Of a stretch of 64,000 bases of DNA, positions 11,720 to 25,014 are shown one piece after another. The DNA comes from Sphagnum compactum (Eukaryota). Within the stretch, counting starts at the first letter, position 1; each line of letters begins with the position of its first letter. The notes under the pieces are model-generated. The model was given only the letters and a program-made list of their open reading frames with translations, searched no databases and was not told the origin of the DNA. A program made the position numbers and the translations under genes. The stretch covers positions 27,828,213 to 27,892,212 of the forward strand of contig OZ234493.1 in NCBI GenBank assembly GCA_965153455.1. The letters are read 5' to 3'.

Positions 11720-12520
11720 CAACTAAATAGGACAATGTCAATAAAGGTGGTCATAAAACCAACAAGCATGCTCAAGTTTTGGTTAAATGCTTTCAATGAA
11801 TGGCAAAAGTTTTGAGGTTACGATTGAAAGATTGATTATAGATTTGTTTAAAGATGAAAGTTCTATGATGGCACTTATTGATATGTTGTCAATGTTTGTT
11901 CCTCAAGTTGCGAAGAAAACTAGTAATTTGTACCCTCCCACCAAGTAAGTACCTTATTTTATTTAATTTTCAATTTGATTTTATGTTGATTTTTTGATAT
12001 TAGGGTTTACTAAGGTCTACAAATGTTTGAAAATGTGTTATAAGGTTTATAGATGTTTGAAAATGTTGATTAAAATATACATGGTTTTGAAAAGTGCCTA
12101 GTTACTAAACTTATGTTATGCTTCTAAATCAAGTATCATGTGTGTCATGATTTTTGAATGGAACAAATATGTGAATAAGATGAATTTTGAAATCTTTTTG
12201 TAATATTATTGTTTATGGTTTCGTTTCGTTTTTTGTTTTGTTTTATGTCTTTACTATAATCATTTTGCAAAGTAGACCTCTAAAGGCATGAAGAAGATGT
12301 TTTGACACAACTTTCTCCCTTTCATCCTTCTCTATTCCTTTCTTCTACACCAATTTATGGTAAGATTTATTGATTAGGTCTTGTATTAAGGTTTACGACC
12401 TTCAAGTATTTTTATTAAGGTTTAATTTTGTTGTGTTGGAATGTAGCATTCAGTAGTTGATCCAACATATTAGTCATTTGATCAAGCAAAGGAAAAACCA
12501 ATGCATTATTGAATCATGTG
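11720..12520 (+). mobile_element. Degenerate Crypton/DUF3504-like (tyrosine-recombinase-related) coding remnant
   Basis: Broken frames read KPTSMLKFWLNAFNEWQKF ... ALIDMLSMFVPQVAKKTSNLYPPT|(intron)|IQ*LIQHISHLIK. This resembles the 'F.eW ... L..F..ev.kkdG..YPp.s' pattern of Crypton/ZMYM-type proteins. Recognised by eye only. Confidence 0.45.
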
Positions 12521-12559
12521 TAGCTCCCAAGCTAATTCTGGTTTTTTATGGTGCTTGTT

Positions 12560-13379
12560 TGTCACAACCCCACTTTGGCCAAGTGTGGGGGTGAAGCCCA
12601 ACACTTGGAAAAGTTGGAGGTTTGGAGTCCTCTGGGACTCCCGCATGTTCAGAGCGCAACAGCAAGGCCCAAAACACCTCGCCTTGAGGTGTTCTTGATG
12701 TCATTGGAAAGGTCTTGAAACGCAGATATCGAAAATGGCCTCGCATTGGCCATTCAGACATCTGCAGCCCAAGTTATGGGCAAAAGAAGGGTCGGGAGTC
12801 AAACTGACAGTTTGACTCCCGACCACTAAAAGTCGACAATCGACCCTATCCCGATGTTGCCTTGGGAATTGCAACATGGCGTTGGAAAGATCTCGACGAA
12901 GGCTACAACTTTGGTTCAGACCTCGTTGCGATCAGACTCCGAAGTCGAGAGTTATGACCGTTCAAAGTTTTGGGAGTCCCGCCGGGACAGTTTCGGGACT
13001 CCATTTCGGGAGTCCCAAGAATTTGTGCCATTTGGATGTAGGCTTCGTGGCGAGCTGCAGAGAATACTATAAGGGGGAAGGTGGTGGCTTCCCCCGAGTC
13101 TGGGTCGTGGTGAGTCAAGTAGTCCAAAGTGCCCGTGGCTTGTCCCAACACCCAAGGGTGGTCCCGAATGTGAACTAACCCATGTGTGGTTGGTTTTGGA
13201 TGCAGATTCGTGCTTGATCTACTAATCCATCTTCCTAGTCTAATCCCAAGGCTTTCAACTCGACCCTCTACCCCTTTCTAGAGTTGGAAGTCGGGAGCGT
13301 GCCCTTCGGTCCCAACTTTCCGCAACTTCACATTGGTGAACCCTCAAGTGGGTTCACCCCGGGGCCAAGGAGCGCGTCA
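12560..13379. mobile_element. Solo LTR (820 bp) with 5-bp TSD
   Basis: TGTCACAACCC...GGAGCGCGTCA (TG...CA termini), flanked by TTGTT on both sides (12555-12559, 13380-13384). GC-rich island in AT-rich DNA, no credible ORF. Confidence 0.9.
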
Positions 13380-14917
13380 TTGTTGGTCATAATCAACTAC
13401 AGTTGATGTTGATGTTGTGACTTTTGGTTTTACTTTGTTGAAAGAGAAAATGATGTCCAACAAAATTAGGAAAGGAGTAGGATTTACTTGCATGGAAAAG
13501 CTTTCATGCCAAAAGAGTATGGCATGGAAATTATAAGCCACCATGAAGTGAGTTTTTGCATTTTTTGTCTATGCATCATGTTTTGTTTTTATTTTTGTTG
13601 TTATTGTTGTTTTATTTGTTTTTCATTTGTGCTTTGTTGCTTTGTTTGCAAGTGCATTAGAATTAATAAACACCTGTAAAACAAAGCTATGTGACATATC
13701 ATTAGTAGTGAATTGAAAGGCATTCGTCTCCTTCATTGCGAAGCTTCAACAATGGAAAAAAAACATTTGAGAGAAAAGGTATTTGTTTATGATATTCTTG
13801 ATTTTTTTTGTCCTTCTTTACTTCAATTTTTTTAATAAAAAAATTAATGGTTTTTTTATTGTGTAGGATTTACATGTTGAAAATAGTGATTTGGCTTTTA
13901 TTGATTTGATTTTTCAATAGAATCAATTTTTGTTGCTACTTATTTGTTTTTTCTATTTATGCAATAATGACCAAGTTTTTTCCTTAGTCGATTATTTTTT
14001 TGTTTAGTGTTTTGTCTAATTTTTTTTTAAAAATCTTTTGTAGGAGGTTCCTTTTGAAGATTATAGTAGTTTGGAGTTGTTAAAGGCAAAATTGTTCTAT
14101 TGCCATTGGATGGAATGGATAAAATTATACTGTCATTATTGGACAGAAAGGACAAGAGGAAGTGTCATTGTAAAATAGAGTGGTAGCATAGGGCTAAGTG
14201 ATTAGAATTGGTTGAGTATTTGAATTCGTGATGATGGCGAGAAATTAGGAAGGACTTATGGGAAGAGTTCTGAATTGGTGATCATTAGGATATTGAATAG
14301 TTTTTTGAGGATGAAGAAAAGTTCATGACAGGAACTAAAAAGATTTTTTATGGAAAAAAACATGTGTGTTTACATTGTATTTTTTTTAGGTTTGTTATTT
14401 TCAATTCCATATTGTCTAAACTTTGTTTTCAAATTATTATAGATGTTGTGTTATTGCACATATGGATTTTGAAATGGATTTTTGTTTGAATTTATTATTT
14501 GAGTTTTGTAATTGGTTCATATTACATATTTTAAACATCTCAATAACATTATGCTAAACCACATAACTAAATAATGAACCAGTGTTAGAATATTAACATT
14601 TATTAGGAGCCTTTTGATTCCAATGTTCTCATTGACAAGAATTTAATAACTATCATTATTGGTGTTTGTGTTTTGGGTTCAATTGTTTTTACTACCACTT
14701 TCGATTTTGTTTTATAGTCCAACAAATCTACTTCTGCTATTGTTTTTATTTTGGTTGTAAATCCTACATTGAAAAGTTCTTTTGTTGTTATTCATGCTTC
14801 TATTGTTGGCCCTACCTTAGGGTCAATAGTTTCTACTACTATTATTCCTTCCTTGCGGTCGATGCATTCTATTATTGATGATGTTGTCCGATGTAACATT
14901 GTGGTGTAAGATCAGGA

Positions 14918-17577
14918 CATTATGAAAAAAAGGGTGTTTTGTAACTAGCCTTGCAACTCAATTTTTGAATTGCAACAACCACTTGCAACTCGCTGTATTT
15001 ATGTTGTGAGTGCTATCAGACAAGTCGCATGAGTTGTAAGAGTTACAACTCATCATATATATGGAGCAACTCAATGCAATTCATTACAACTTTGTCGAAA
15101 CAACTCATTTTCAACTACTATCCAATTCCATTACAACTACAACCATAACATCATGTTAACATTATTAATTTTCATCCATCCATTAAAATTCGACCTATGG
15201 CATTATGAAGATTTTTTTATTTTAAAAAAATATTAATCTCCATCATCTATTATGATTATTAATGATGGTCCAAGATTATGACACGTGGCACAATAAAATT
15301 GCCATATGGCATACTAATTGAATTTTTTTATTAAAAAATAAATGTTTAATTTAATAGCTACATAGGTGATACATAAATAGGTAGGTTGGTAATGTTAGAA
15401 ACACTATTCGTTTCTAATTCCCAATGTTGATGAATGTGTTAAACATTCATCAAAAGGATGAATAGTATTCACATCCTTATAATAGTTAGGTTAGGGTTTG
15501 GGAGTGGAGGCTATTTAGGGCTTGGCGACGGCTAGGGTTAGGGTTTGATGGCGGCTAGGGTTAGGGTTTGATGGCGGCTAAGGTTAGGGTTTGGTGGCGG
15601 CTAGGGTTAGGCGGCGGCTAGGTTAGGGTTAAGTGGCGGCTACTTTAGGGTTAGGAGATAGTATATATTGGAGTGGTTTTGAGGAGTCTTTTATTCTCTC
15701 CTTTCATGGTTTTTGAGTGCACATAGAACCTTCAAGCTTTGTTAGTTGTTACAAGCCATAGTTTTGTGATTGTAATATTTGAAGCGTACAACCTTTGTAA
15801 TCTTCTGGTTAGTTAATACAATTGTTCCATTTCATGAACTTTGAGTGTTTCTTTTCTTATTTGTTTTCAAGTTGTTTTCAATAGGTAAGACCTATATATT
15901 TACACTACATACCTACATACCTACCTACCTACATAGGTAAGTAAAAAATAGGACCTACTTATTTCATAGGTAGGCAAGTAGATAGGAAAGTATAAGATTG
16001 TGTGAAATAATAGTTATGTAAATATTTCTATTTTATTTTAGGTTTTGCCTTTAGAGTTAAACTTTTTGAGCTCATCCCAAAATGACACTTATAATTTCAT
16101 GTGAAAATATAAAAGAAAACACCTTCTTTACGTAGTTTGTGACATGGGATTCAAAAACAAAACATATAGGTTAAATCTTTTACTTATATTTTAGTTGTAA
16201 ATTGAATTGCAACTACAAAAAGATTTTTTCACATATTTTATGTTTATTTATCATTATGTAAGTCATAAAATTAAATTAATAAATTATTCGATACTTATAT
16301 ATGTGAAGTAATTATTTAATTCAACTATCTAAAATAGTTGTTTAAATTAATTAATTAATTTTAGATAATTAATATCAATATAATCTATCTGATTTTATCT
16401 GAAATAATTATCAAATGTTTTACTTACATATTTAATAATTAATTATTTGGATTGATTATTTGAATTAATTAACCAATGAGCTAATTATCTAAATTAATTT
16501 TTCTAATTCAAATAATTAATTACTCAATAAACTTAAGTAATTCATATCAGATAATTAATTATTGCAAATAATTAAATATTAATTATTTGAAGTAATCAAA
16601 TTAATTAATCTAACTCGTTAGTTAGTTATTTCAAATAGTTAATTATTTGATTTCAGATTAATTATTATCAAAATATTAGTTATTTGAATTCATGTAATTA
16701 GTCGTTTATTAGCTAATATAAATAAGTTATTTTAATCAATTTAATTTATAATTATAATTAACAATTAGTTCATTATTATTTAGTTTAATTCATTAATTTA
16801 GAATAATGAGGTAAATTAAATAATTATTTATTTAAAAAAACATGAATTTGAGTTTAAAAATCAAGGTATAAATAGGCATATCCATATGTACATTTGAATT
16901 GAATTTTTAATATATTATACACATTATTTTTAGTTTCACATTAAATTAATTGTATGGATCCAGATAATTATAAATTTATAATGATCTGATAATTTATGAT
17001 ATAATAATTATCTGAATTAATTAGCTTGATTCAATATTAAGTATCCCCAATGTGGATAAACATTTATTTGATTATCATTTGATTAATGATTATTGTTCCT
17101 ATACATGCATATTATTTACTCTAATTAGCATAACTAGTTAAATATTTAATTTAAAACTAATTATATGAACTACATTTATTCAGATTATAATGAATTATTT
17201 AGTATAATTAACAAATTCATAATATTTAAGTGTATCAAGTGCAATTAATATTTAATAGTCAAATTACCAAAAATTATTTATTTACAAAATATTACATATG
17301 AATTTGTATAATTATTAGATTATAAATCGCTGCACAATAGTCATAACATAGTTGAACACTAATAGTTCAATAGTGCGCATTAATGGCCTTATTAGTTGTA
17401 TCAATGGGAATCATGGTAAAAAATTAGTTGCAAATGTATCCCATAATCGGCAGTAGAAATGCATACATGTGGCATGATCACATGTGTGTACATCGTACAT
17501 TAACTTTGCAACATAGTTGTTATGTCAAAAACACATTTACAACAGTTTGAGAATAGTTGTCACATGCAACTATAGTT
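14918..17577. mobile_element. Non-autonomous CACTA-type element (partial copy, interrupted by insertions), same family as 60611-62531
   Basis: Starts CATTATGAAAAAAAGGGTGTTTTG. Segments ~14918-16230 and ~17310-17577 are inverse-homologous to 62531-61670 and ~61110-60860. Contains GCAACT subterminal repeats and is interrupted by the solo LTR at 15393. Confidence 0.7.
15393..15883 (+). mobile_element. Copia-family solo LTR (491 bp), TSD GGTAA
   Basis: TGTTAG...TCAATA flanked by GGTAA on both sides. Homologous in inverse orientation to 21621-22066 and 22313-22756. Confidence 0.92.
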
Positions 17578-20050
17578 CACTACAACAGATCGTGGCGAAA
17601 ATCACTACAAGATTCCACCCAAATTCAATTTCGGTGGAATTAGACATGCCACAAATCACTACATTTTGACAAAAGTGACCACCTTCCATTCTAATCCCAC
17701 TTCTTATTAGACCTTAGTGGATTTTGCCACTTCGTCCATTTTTTCACCACATTTTGTACAGACATCATTGTGCCTTTCAGTTTGATTCCACCATTGTTGG
17801 ATTTTACTAGGATCCCATTGGACCTTGCCATTCCATTCAATTTTTTCATGTACTTGCATGCATATATATTTTAGATGTTCCAATTTATTAGGATTGTTTG
17901 TCTACACCAAGGTGTCATACAAACTATGCATTATGTGGAATTTCCCATAATGCCCTAAGACCATGGGTAATTTACTTGCGAATGTATTTGTACCACAAAG
18001 ACTCAAGTGATGTATTTGAAGACATTGATTTAGTCATGAGAAATCCAACATGCATATATGGATTTAAACATCGTAAGATGATTGAAACCACCATAAACAC
18101 AATCATAAATTAGTGAAAAAATATATGTATATTATTGTTAAATGGGATGGCCATATAACATCAATGCTACCCCATCATTGGAGTGGACATTGGATTCACC
18201 ATTACATTACTACTAAAAGAAATGGCAATGTGTTTTAAATTATTATCACAAAGTTATGCCTTGAGAAGGGGCTATTGTACTTTATGAATTTTATTCGAAT
18301 AAAACTCCAGCAAGCTAACTACATCCTACAACAACAAATAAAAGCTAGAAAAATGAGATGGAAGGCAATAGTATGTCCAATAAGGTGTGAACAACAACCT
18401 CTTCTCATTCATGCCCAAACAAAACCCTTATTTAAAACCAAATCCAAGTACAATTGTAACTTTCGCTACTAGAATTATCTTGTTGTAGCCATGTGGTTTC
18501 TACTTCAAGTCTTTTTCCTTCTTTCATAAACATCCACATATACACAAACACAAATGTTTCTTTCTCCCCCTCCTATCTCTAACTCTAGAATCATATTCCT
18601 TCAAGTATCCGTGCACCATTGAAGTAAATGGTGGCTAACACACCATTTAGATCCTATTTCTTCTCCATTATTCCCTTCAACTACCACTACCATAGTAGTT
18701 ATCTCCTAAATTAAGGTTGTCAGGTTGCAAACTCAACCTAAATCTCATTATTCTTGGCTAAACTCAAATTATACATAACTCCCATATTATAAAACACTTT
18801 TTTAACCTACCATTTGATGCATGAATCAAGTCAACCATGACCTAGATCAATGGATAGAATGGCTTTTCAAACATTTAAATCTAGATCTACTTCTGGTAAT
18901 TTTGCACTATTAAACTACGATAAATAGTTAAAAACCAACCAAAGGTCCAATAATTATGCCTATAACAATGTGTCATTCAGCCTTTATCACTAGGACCTAG
19001 GTCCTATGTCATTAATCTTCTATCACTAGGACCTAGGTCTACATCATTACAACCCATGCCACTAAAGTGTAATAGATCACTAGGGCCTATGTCAGTAAGG
19101 TGTAATACTGAACCTCTGTCACTAAGACCTAGGTCTATAAAACCTATCCCTATTCCACTCGACATTCCACCCAACAATCACTAGGAAAGACCCCATTCCA
19201 CCCATGTGGATTCTTAGTGGAAGTCATGAATGATCTGGAACCTATGGCAAGGTGTCCAGTATGATTCCACCATGCACCTTTCCCATCCATTCAAGTCCAC
19301 CAATTTCCATTGAAAATCCATTATGAATCCATTATACACACATTCAAATGGGCATGGTCCATTGAACAACCATGGGTTGATCATTTGGATGAGCTCCTTT
19401 CCACTGGGCCTAACTTGGGTGGAAGTACATTAGTAGTTTAGGGACAAGTTTTGTAGTAATGTTAGGTCCTCTTCCAATCATCTTTTGTCATTAGGACATA
19501 GGTCTATATCACTACGGCATGTGTCATTCAACCTTTGTGACCAAGACCTAGGTCTACATCATTAGGTCTTCTTTCACTCATCCTCTATCACTAGGACATA
19601 GGTCTATATCACTATGACATGTGTCATTCAACCTATGTTACTAAGGTGTAGTACATCACTAATGCCAATGCCACTAAGGCCTATGCCACATGGGTTTCCT
19701 ACTACATTTGGGCTTAGTGTAATATGTCATTATGGCCTATGCCAATAAGGCCCATTTCACTCCACCTATGTCACTCAAGTTTATATTGTCACTTGGGTTT
19801 GACCAATGTTATATGTCACGAGAGCATATGCCAATAAAGCTTCACATGTGTCACTTAACATATGTCACTCATGTCTATGTCATTAAGGCTTGTGTCAATT
19901 AGGCATGTTTCACTAAATTTATTTCATGTTTATGTCATTTAAACCAAGTTTATTTCACTAGGGCTTGAAGTTTGTGCATCATTTGGGCTTGTATCATTAA
20001 GGTATCATCACTTACATATAATATTAATGACATAGACTCTACGTGTCATA
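17578..20050. mobile_element. Nested CACTA-like remnant(s) with short subrepeats
   Basis: CACTACAACAG terminus at 17578. Arrays of GTCACTAAG/GACCTAGGTC-like units at ~18970-19140 and ~19460-20000. The right border is uncertain. Confidence 0.4.
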
Positions 20051-20749
20051 TACGTTAGCCTTGTATTATGAAATTTGTTAAAAAACATGTTCAAACATGC
20101 ACATGGTTCTTTTAGATCAAATGGTACCTCTGATATTCATGCTTGCACATTTCACCTCTTCTTCCACTTCAAAGTGTTGCCCCTTTGAACCCCTATCAAT
20201 CACAATGTGTGCACAACAATGTTTTATAATTTCCCACAACAAAACAGTAGATATTGAATCGTAGGATGAAATTCCAAGTCTTATGAACTCAAAACTTTAT
20301 AATGTTATGTGTACATGTGAGTGTGCACAATTTGTATAAAACTAACAATTCCCATTGTGTCTGGTTGCATCACCTACAATTTTAATTCCATGAAACGTGC
20401 TAATGGCATTCACCTTGAAGCTACAAGATCCCATACCTTTCCATGAATGAGACACATACTTGAACTTTTTCAATTGGCATTTGGAGTCTAAAAGTAATGA
20501 ACATTTGCATCCCACATTTGTATGGGGTAATTTTCCATACATGCACCTAGGAGATCACTTGTATGTCACTGGCGTCAAAACAATAAGATTTACGTTCATT
20601 TCCATATATATATGCTTAACAACACCTTGCAAGACATATTGCATTAGGTTGTTGCATGGAATAGTTCTATAGAAATGACCTCCAAAGTCACTAATAATGT
20701 CATATGTAGGAAGCAATTGTCATTAATCCCACCATTCATTGAACATGGC

Positions 20750-22066
20750 CCTTTGGTCGCCATTTCGTTATAATCCGTGATTTGATCTTCATCATGGGGA
20801 ATTGTTGGACTTCCATCAACAAATTTCCAAAGCCCGTGCTTAGAAAGCATCATGCGCATCTTGAACTTCCAAAGGTGAAAGTTGCCACCATCAAACTTTT
20901 CCATGACTTCCAAAGTCTCCATTTGGAATGATGACATTTTGTTGAACACAAATGCTAAAACAAACACTCTATGTTTTTTGTATTCAAATGAAGTGCAAGT
21001 GGGAGAATTTGAAGTTGAAAAACTTGCTAATGTTTGAAGACCTCACTTGAAATCTCTCCCACTCAATGGCTATATGTCACAAAACAAAACCCTTACAAGA
21101 AACCCTCAAACACTTGAAAAACTTTCTTGCACAAACTTGAAATTTGGCTTGAAACTTGTAGGATTGGCAAAGAACTCTCTTTGACACACTTGAAACTTAA
21201 ACCTTTCAACAACTTCAAAAAAAAACTTCTCTTACACTTCAAACTTCAATGTTGAAACTTTCAACAACTCGAAGAACTCTCTTCCACACACTTTTTCAAA
21301 CTTCAACGTTGAAAACCTCAAAAACTTGAAGAACTCTCTTTCACATTTTTGAACTTAAAACTTGAAACTTAACGACTTGAAAAACACTCTTCCACATTTA
21401 AGAACTTACAACACTTTGAAGAAGTCTCTTCCACACCTCCCACTCACTTGGAAAAGTTGCAAGCTCCTTGTATGCCACCACTTGGAAATGAACTCCCATT
21501 CACTTTGCAAACTAAAAAACCTTCTCTCAAAAGGATTCTCTCCTTTTATCTATGCAAACCCCTCACTACTTCTTGTTCAAACACAGTGTCTTTTCTCTTG
21601 CTTGGTGTGGGCCCATAACTTATTGGAAACAACTTGAAAACAAGCAAGAAATGAAAGATTCAAGATACATGAAATGGAACAATTGTATTAACTAACAAGA
21701 AGATTACAAAGTTTTTATGTTTCAAAACTACAATCACAAAACTATGGCTTGTAACAATTAACAAAGCAATAAGGTTTTATGTGCACTCAAAAACCATGAA
21801 AGGAGAGAATGAAAAACTACTCAAAACCACTCTAATATATACTATCTATTAACCCTAAAGTAGCCGCCACTTAACCCTAATCTAGCCGCCACCAAACCCT
21901 AACCCTAGCCGCCGCCAAGCCCTAAGTAGCCTCCACTTCTAAACCCTAACCACCACTATTCAACCTAACCTAACTACTATAAGGATGTGAATATTATTCA
22001 TCCTTTTGATGAATGTTTAACACATTCATCAACATTGGGAATTAGAAACAAATAGTATTTCTAACA
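20750..22066 (-). mobile_element. 3'-truncated Ty1/Copia retrotransposon: 5' LTR (22066-21621), PBS, repetitive leader, start of gag
   Basis: The LTR is followed directly by AGTTATGGGCCCAC (PBS), then a low-complexity repetitive leader (~21480-21100), then the gag N-terminus MEKFDGGNFHLWKFKMRMMLSKHGLWKFVDG (Copia gag/DUF4219-type). Similarity stops near 20750. Confidence 0.88.
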
Positions 22067-22312
22067 GCCTTTGGATTTGAACTTTAAAAAATAAAATCTT
22101 ATAGTGAAATATCTTTACAATTTTGCCCATATGGCAATTGTCTGAGGTATTACATAAGTAACACTATTTTTTGGAATAATTTAGGTGTATATCTTGTGCA
22201 TAGCTTGGACAATGAAATGCCCTTATGTATAATTTGATGGGGGCTTAAGGTAGTTGTGTAGTAGGTCACATTCTTTGACAATTGCATAGACCATCTTTCT
22301 GGGACCGAAAGA

Positions 22313-22756
22313 TATTAGAAACAACTTGAAAACAAGCAAGAAATGAAACACTCAAGGTTCATGAAATGAAACAATTGTATTAACTAACAAAAATCACAAA
22401 GGTTGTATGCTTCAAATGCTACAATCATAAAATTATGGCTTGCAACAACTAACAAGGCTTGAAGGTTCTATGTGCACTCAAAACCATGAAAGGAGAGAAT
22501 GAAAAACTCCTCAAAACCACTCCAATATATATTATCTCCTAACCCTAAAGTAGCCGCCACTTAACCCTAACCTAGCTGCCACCTAACCCTAACCCTAGCC
22601 GCCGCCAAGCCCTAAGTAGCCTCCATTTCCAAACCCTAACCACCACTATTTAACTTAACCTAACAACTATAAGGATGTGAATACTATTCATCCTTTTGAT
22701 GAATGTTTCACACATTCATCAACATTGGGAATTAGAAATGAATAGTATTTCTAACA
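22313..22756 (-). mobile_element. Copia-family solo LTR (444 bp), TSD AAAGA
   Basis: Same family as 15393-15883 and 21621-22066. AAAGA at 22308-22312 and 22757-22761. Confidence 0.92.
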
Positions 22757-25014
22757 AAAGAGTCGTAAAGTTCTCTTCCAAATTTTATGTGATTGAAATG
22801 AGTACTAGTTTTTTTCTAAGTTATTGCTTCAGTGTTTTTGAAAATGTGCAAGCTATGGATGAGTATGGGAATGATATTGAGGTAGCAAAAAAGAGTAGGC
22901 TAAGGTTGGATGGTTTTCAGTTCCAAGATGTATGATCTAAATTCCACTTGGGAATTTATTAACAAAGGTGGAAGAGGTGTGGAAATTATCCATGTTATAA
23001 AATGTAACTAACTCCCCATCCATAAGGTTATAACATCATTCATGTTATGTTTTTCATTGTCATCCAATTTATTTAGTAGGTTGTGATTTATGGTTTTTCA
23101 ACTTCCTAACTATTTTTCAACTGCTTGACTATTACATTTATTTTGGAGTTTGAATTGATTTTAGAAATTGGACAACCATAGCCATGCTTAGCAACATTAA
23201 TATAAAATGATTTATGTGTGAGGAAGATATCGTTTTTTCTATGAGAAGATTATTCAACCTTCCATTTTCATCTGAAGTTTTCTAAAGCTCTTTTGTTTCT
23301 TATCATGACTACTAATGGGAATGTTGCAAAGAGAGTTTCCAATGAGGCAAGTTCTTCTTCTAGCCCTACAAAAAAAAGGGGGGGGGATCAGAAAGAGCTT
23401 GTTATTTTGAGTATTGATGATGTTGCAATGAAAATGCAAGGAGCTTGTTTTGAAAGAAAAATTATGAACCACTATGGAAGTTGGGATAATGGCAAATCTA
23501 CATACAAATGCCTTTAGGTAGATTTGGTTAATTGTGACAAATTTCAAATCGTAACTTTGGTGATTTTAGAGTCTTTTGCATCGCATCATTCTGACAAGAT
23601 CCATGTAGGGAAATAGATCAGGATCATTAATTTTAGTTGTGGTGCAAAGTCAAAACATGAACATGGTGACAATCCACATGTCATCAAGATTAGTTTGTCA
23701 AGTACTGAGATCATGGAAATTGCTACCTTCCCTATTCAAATCATGTTTATGCATCACGGTTTGATTGCAAAGTTTATAATTCATAAAATGCAACATGATG
23801 TTGCATGTATTGCTATTATTGTTATTCAAATTCATGGTCCTGTGAACCAAAAATATGAACTTCTTGTTGCTGATGGGACCAAATTTGAAGACATCAAAAC
23901 TCTTTCCCTTTGGAAAAAAATTTCGTCTTCTTACAAGGAGTTGGTAGACTTATTTCAACAAGTGCACTTGCCACTGTTCTTTTGAAGAATGTGTCATTAA
24001 CTGTTTATGGTTAAGTGTAGTTGATTTCAACCTTGAGCTCTATCATAATCTCTCCAGTACTAGACAAAGAAGCTCAAGAACACTTGGATGACATTCACAA
24101 GGCCTTAACCATGGGTACAACTTTTCAGATGAATTTGGAGGTGATTTAACACAATTTCCTTTCTCTTTTGTTTTTTCATTTAATATTTGTGTTCAAACCC
24201 AATGCATTATATGTGTTAGTTTTACATTAAAATCTGGATGTTGCAAGATTCATTTTAATACTAACATTTTAATGTGATATTTGAATAGAATTCGGGGTGC
24301 TTAGTGTCACTTCTTTTAAGTGTGGCACCTTTTGAAACAATTTGCAAAACTTGTGATTTTTCAAATATGAGACTATTGCCCAATTCCTCCAACTATTTTT
24401 GTAATACTTGTAAAGGAATTTGATAAATGTTACAAGAACATTCCATTCAATGTAAAATCACCAAAACGAAAGGCAATGTAAAAGAATGTTTTTGAAAGGA
24501 TTTTGGATTAAAGCTGTTATAGGATTATCAACATTCACTTTGCATGATTACAAAGCAAATTGTGCGGATTATTTTCATAAATTTATGAACATCAAAGCTA
24601 AAAGGTACTTTTTTTTTTAGTCCCATAGGAGATGTAATTGGTTATAATATTCTTCAGGGAGATAATCCAAACTTTAAAAGTGATCAAGAAAACAAGTTTG
24701 AAAAATAAGGTACAAATTTGTTGAACATGGAAATTTCATAATATGATTTAAAGTTTTCTACCATTTTTTTGGAAGGGATTTTGATTACTAAGGACCCAAG
24801 TAAGACCAGCTTTCATTTTTTTAATTTGTAGTAGGAGAAAATACTTGGTTGGTTTTAGTGTTATTTTTTTCAAATTTTGAACTTTGAGTGTATGGGCTTC
24901 CTTTGCACCTATTGTATGTTTGTTTTAACTTGTATGTGATGTGTTTGTTGTATTGTCTACTTTTGTTGAAATCTTTGCAATCATTTAATTTACTTTCATA
25001 TTAATTATTTGTTT

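Noticed and set aside
12516-13178. Short ORFs within the GC-rich island
   Set aside because: They lie essentially within the solo LTR and show no protein motifs.
15485-15655. Interstitial telomere or chromosome-fusion scar
   Set aside because: The TTAGGG-like units are an internal part of an LTR present in three copies.
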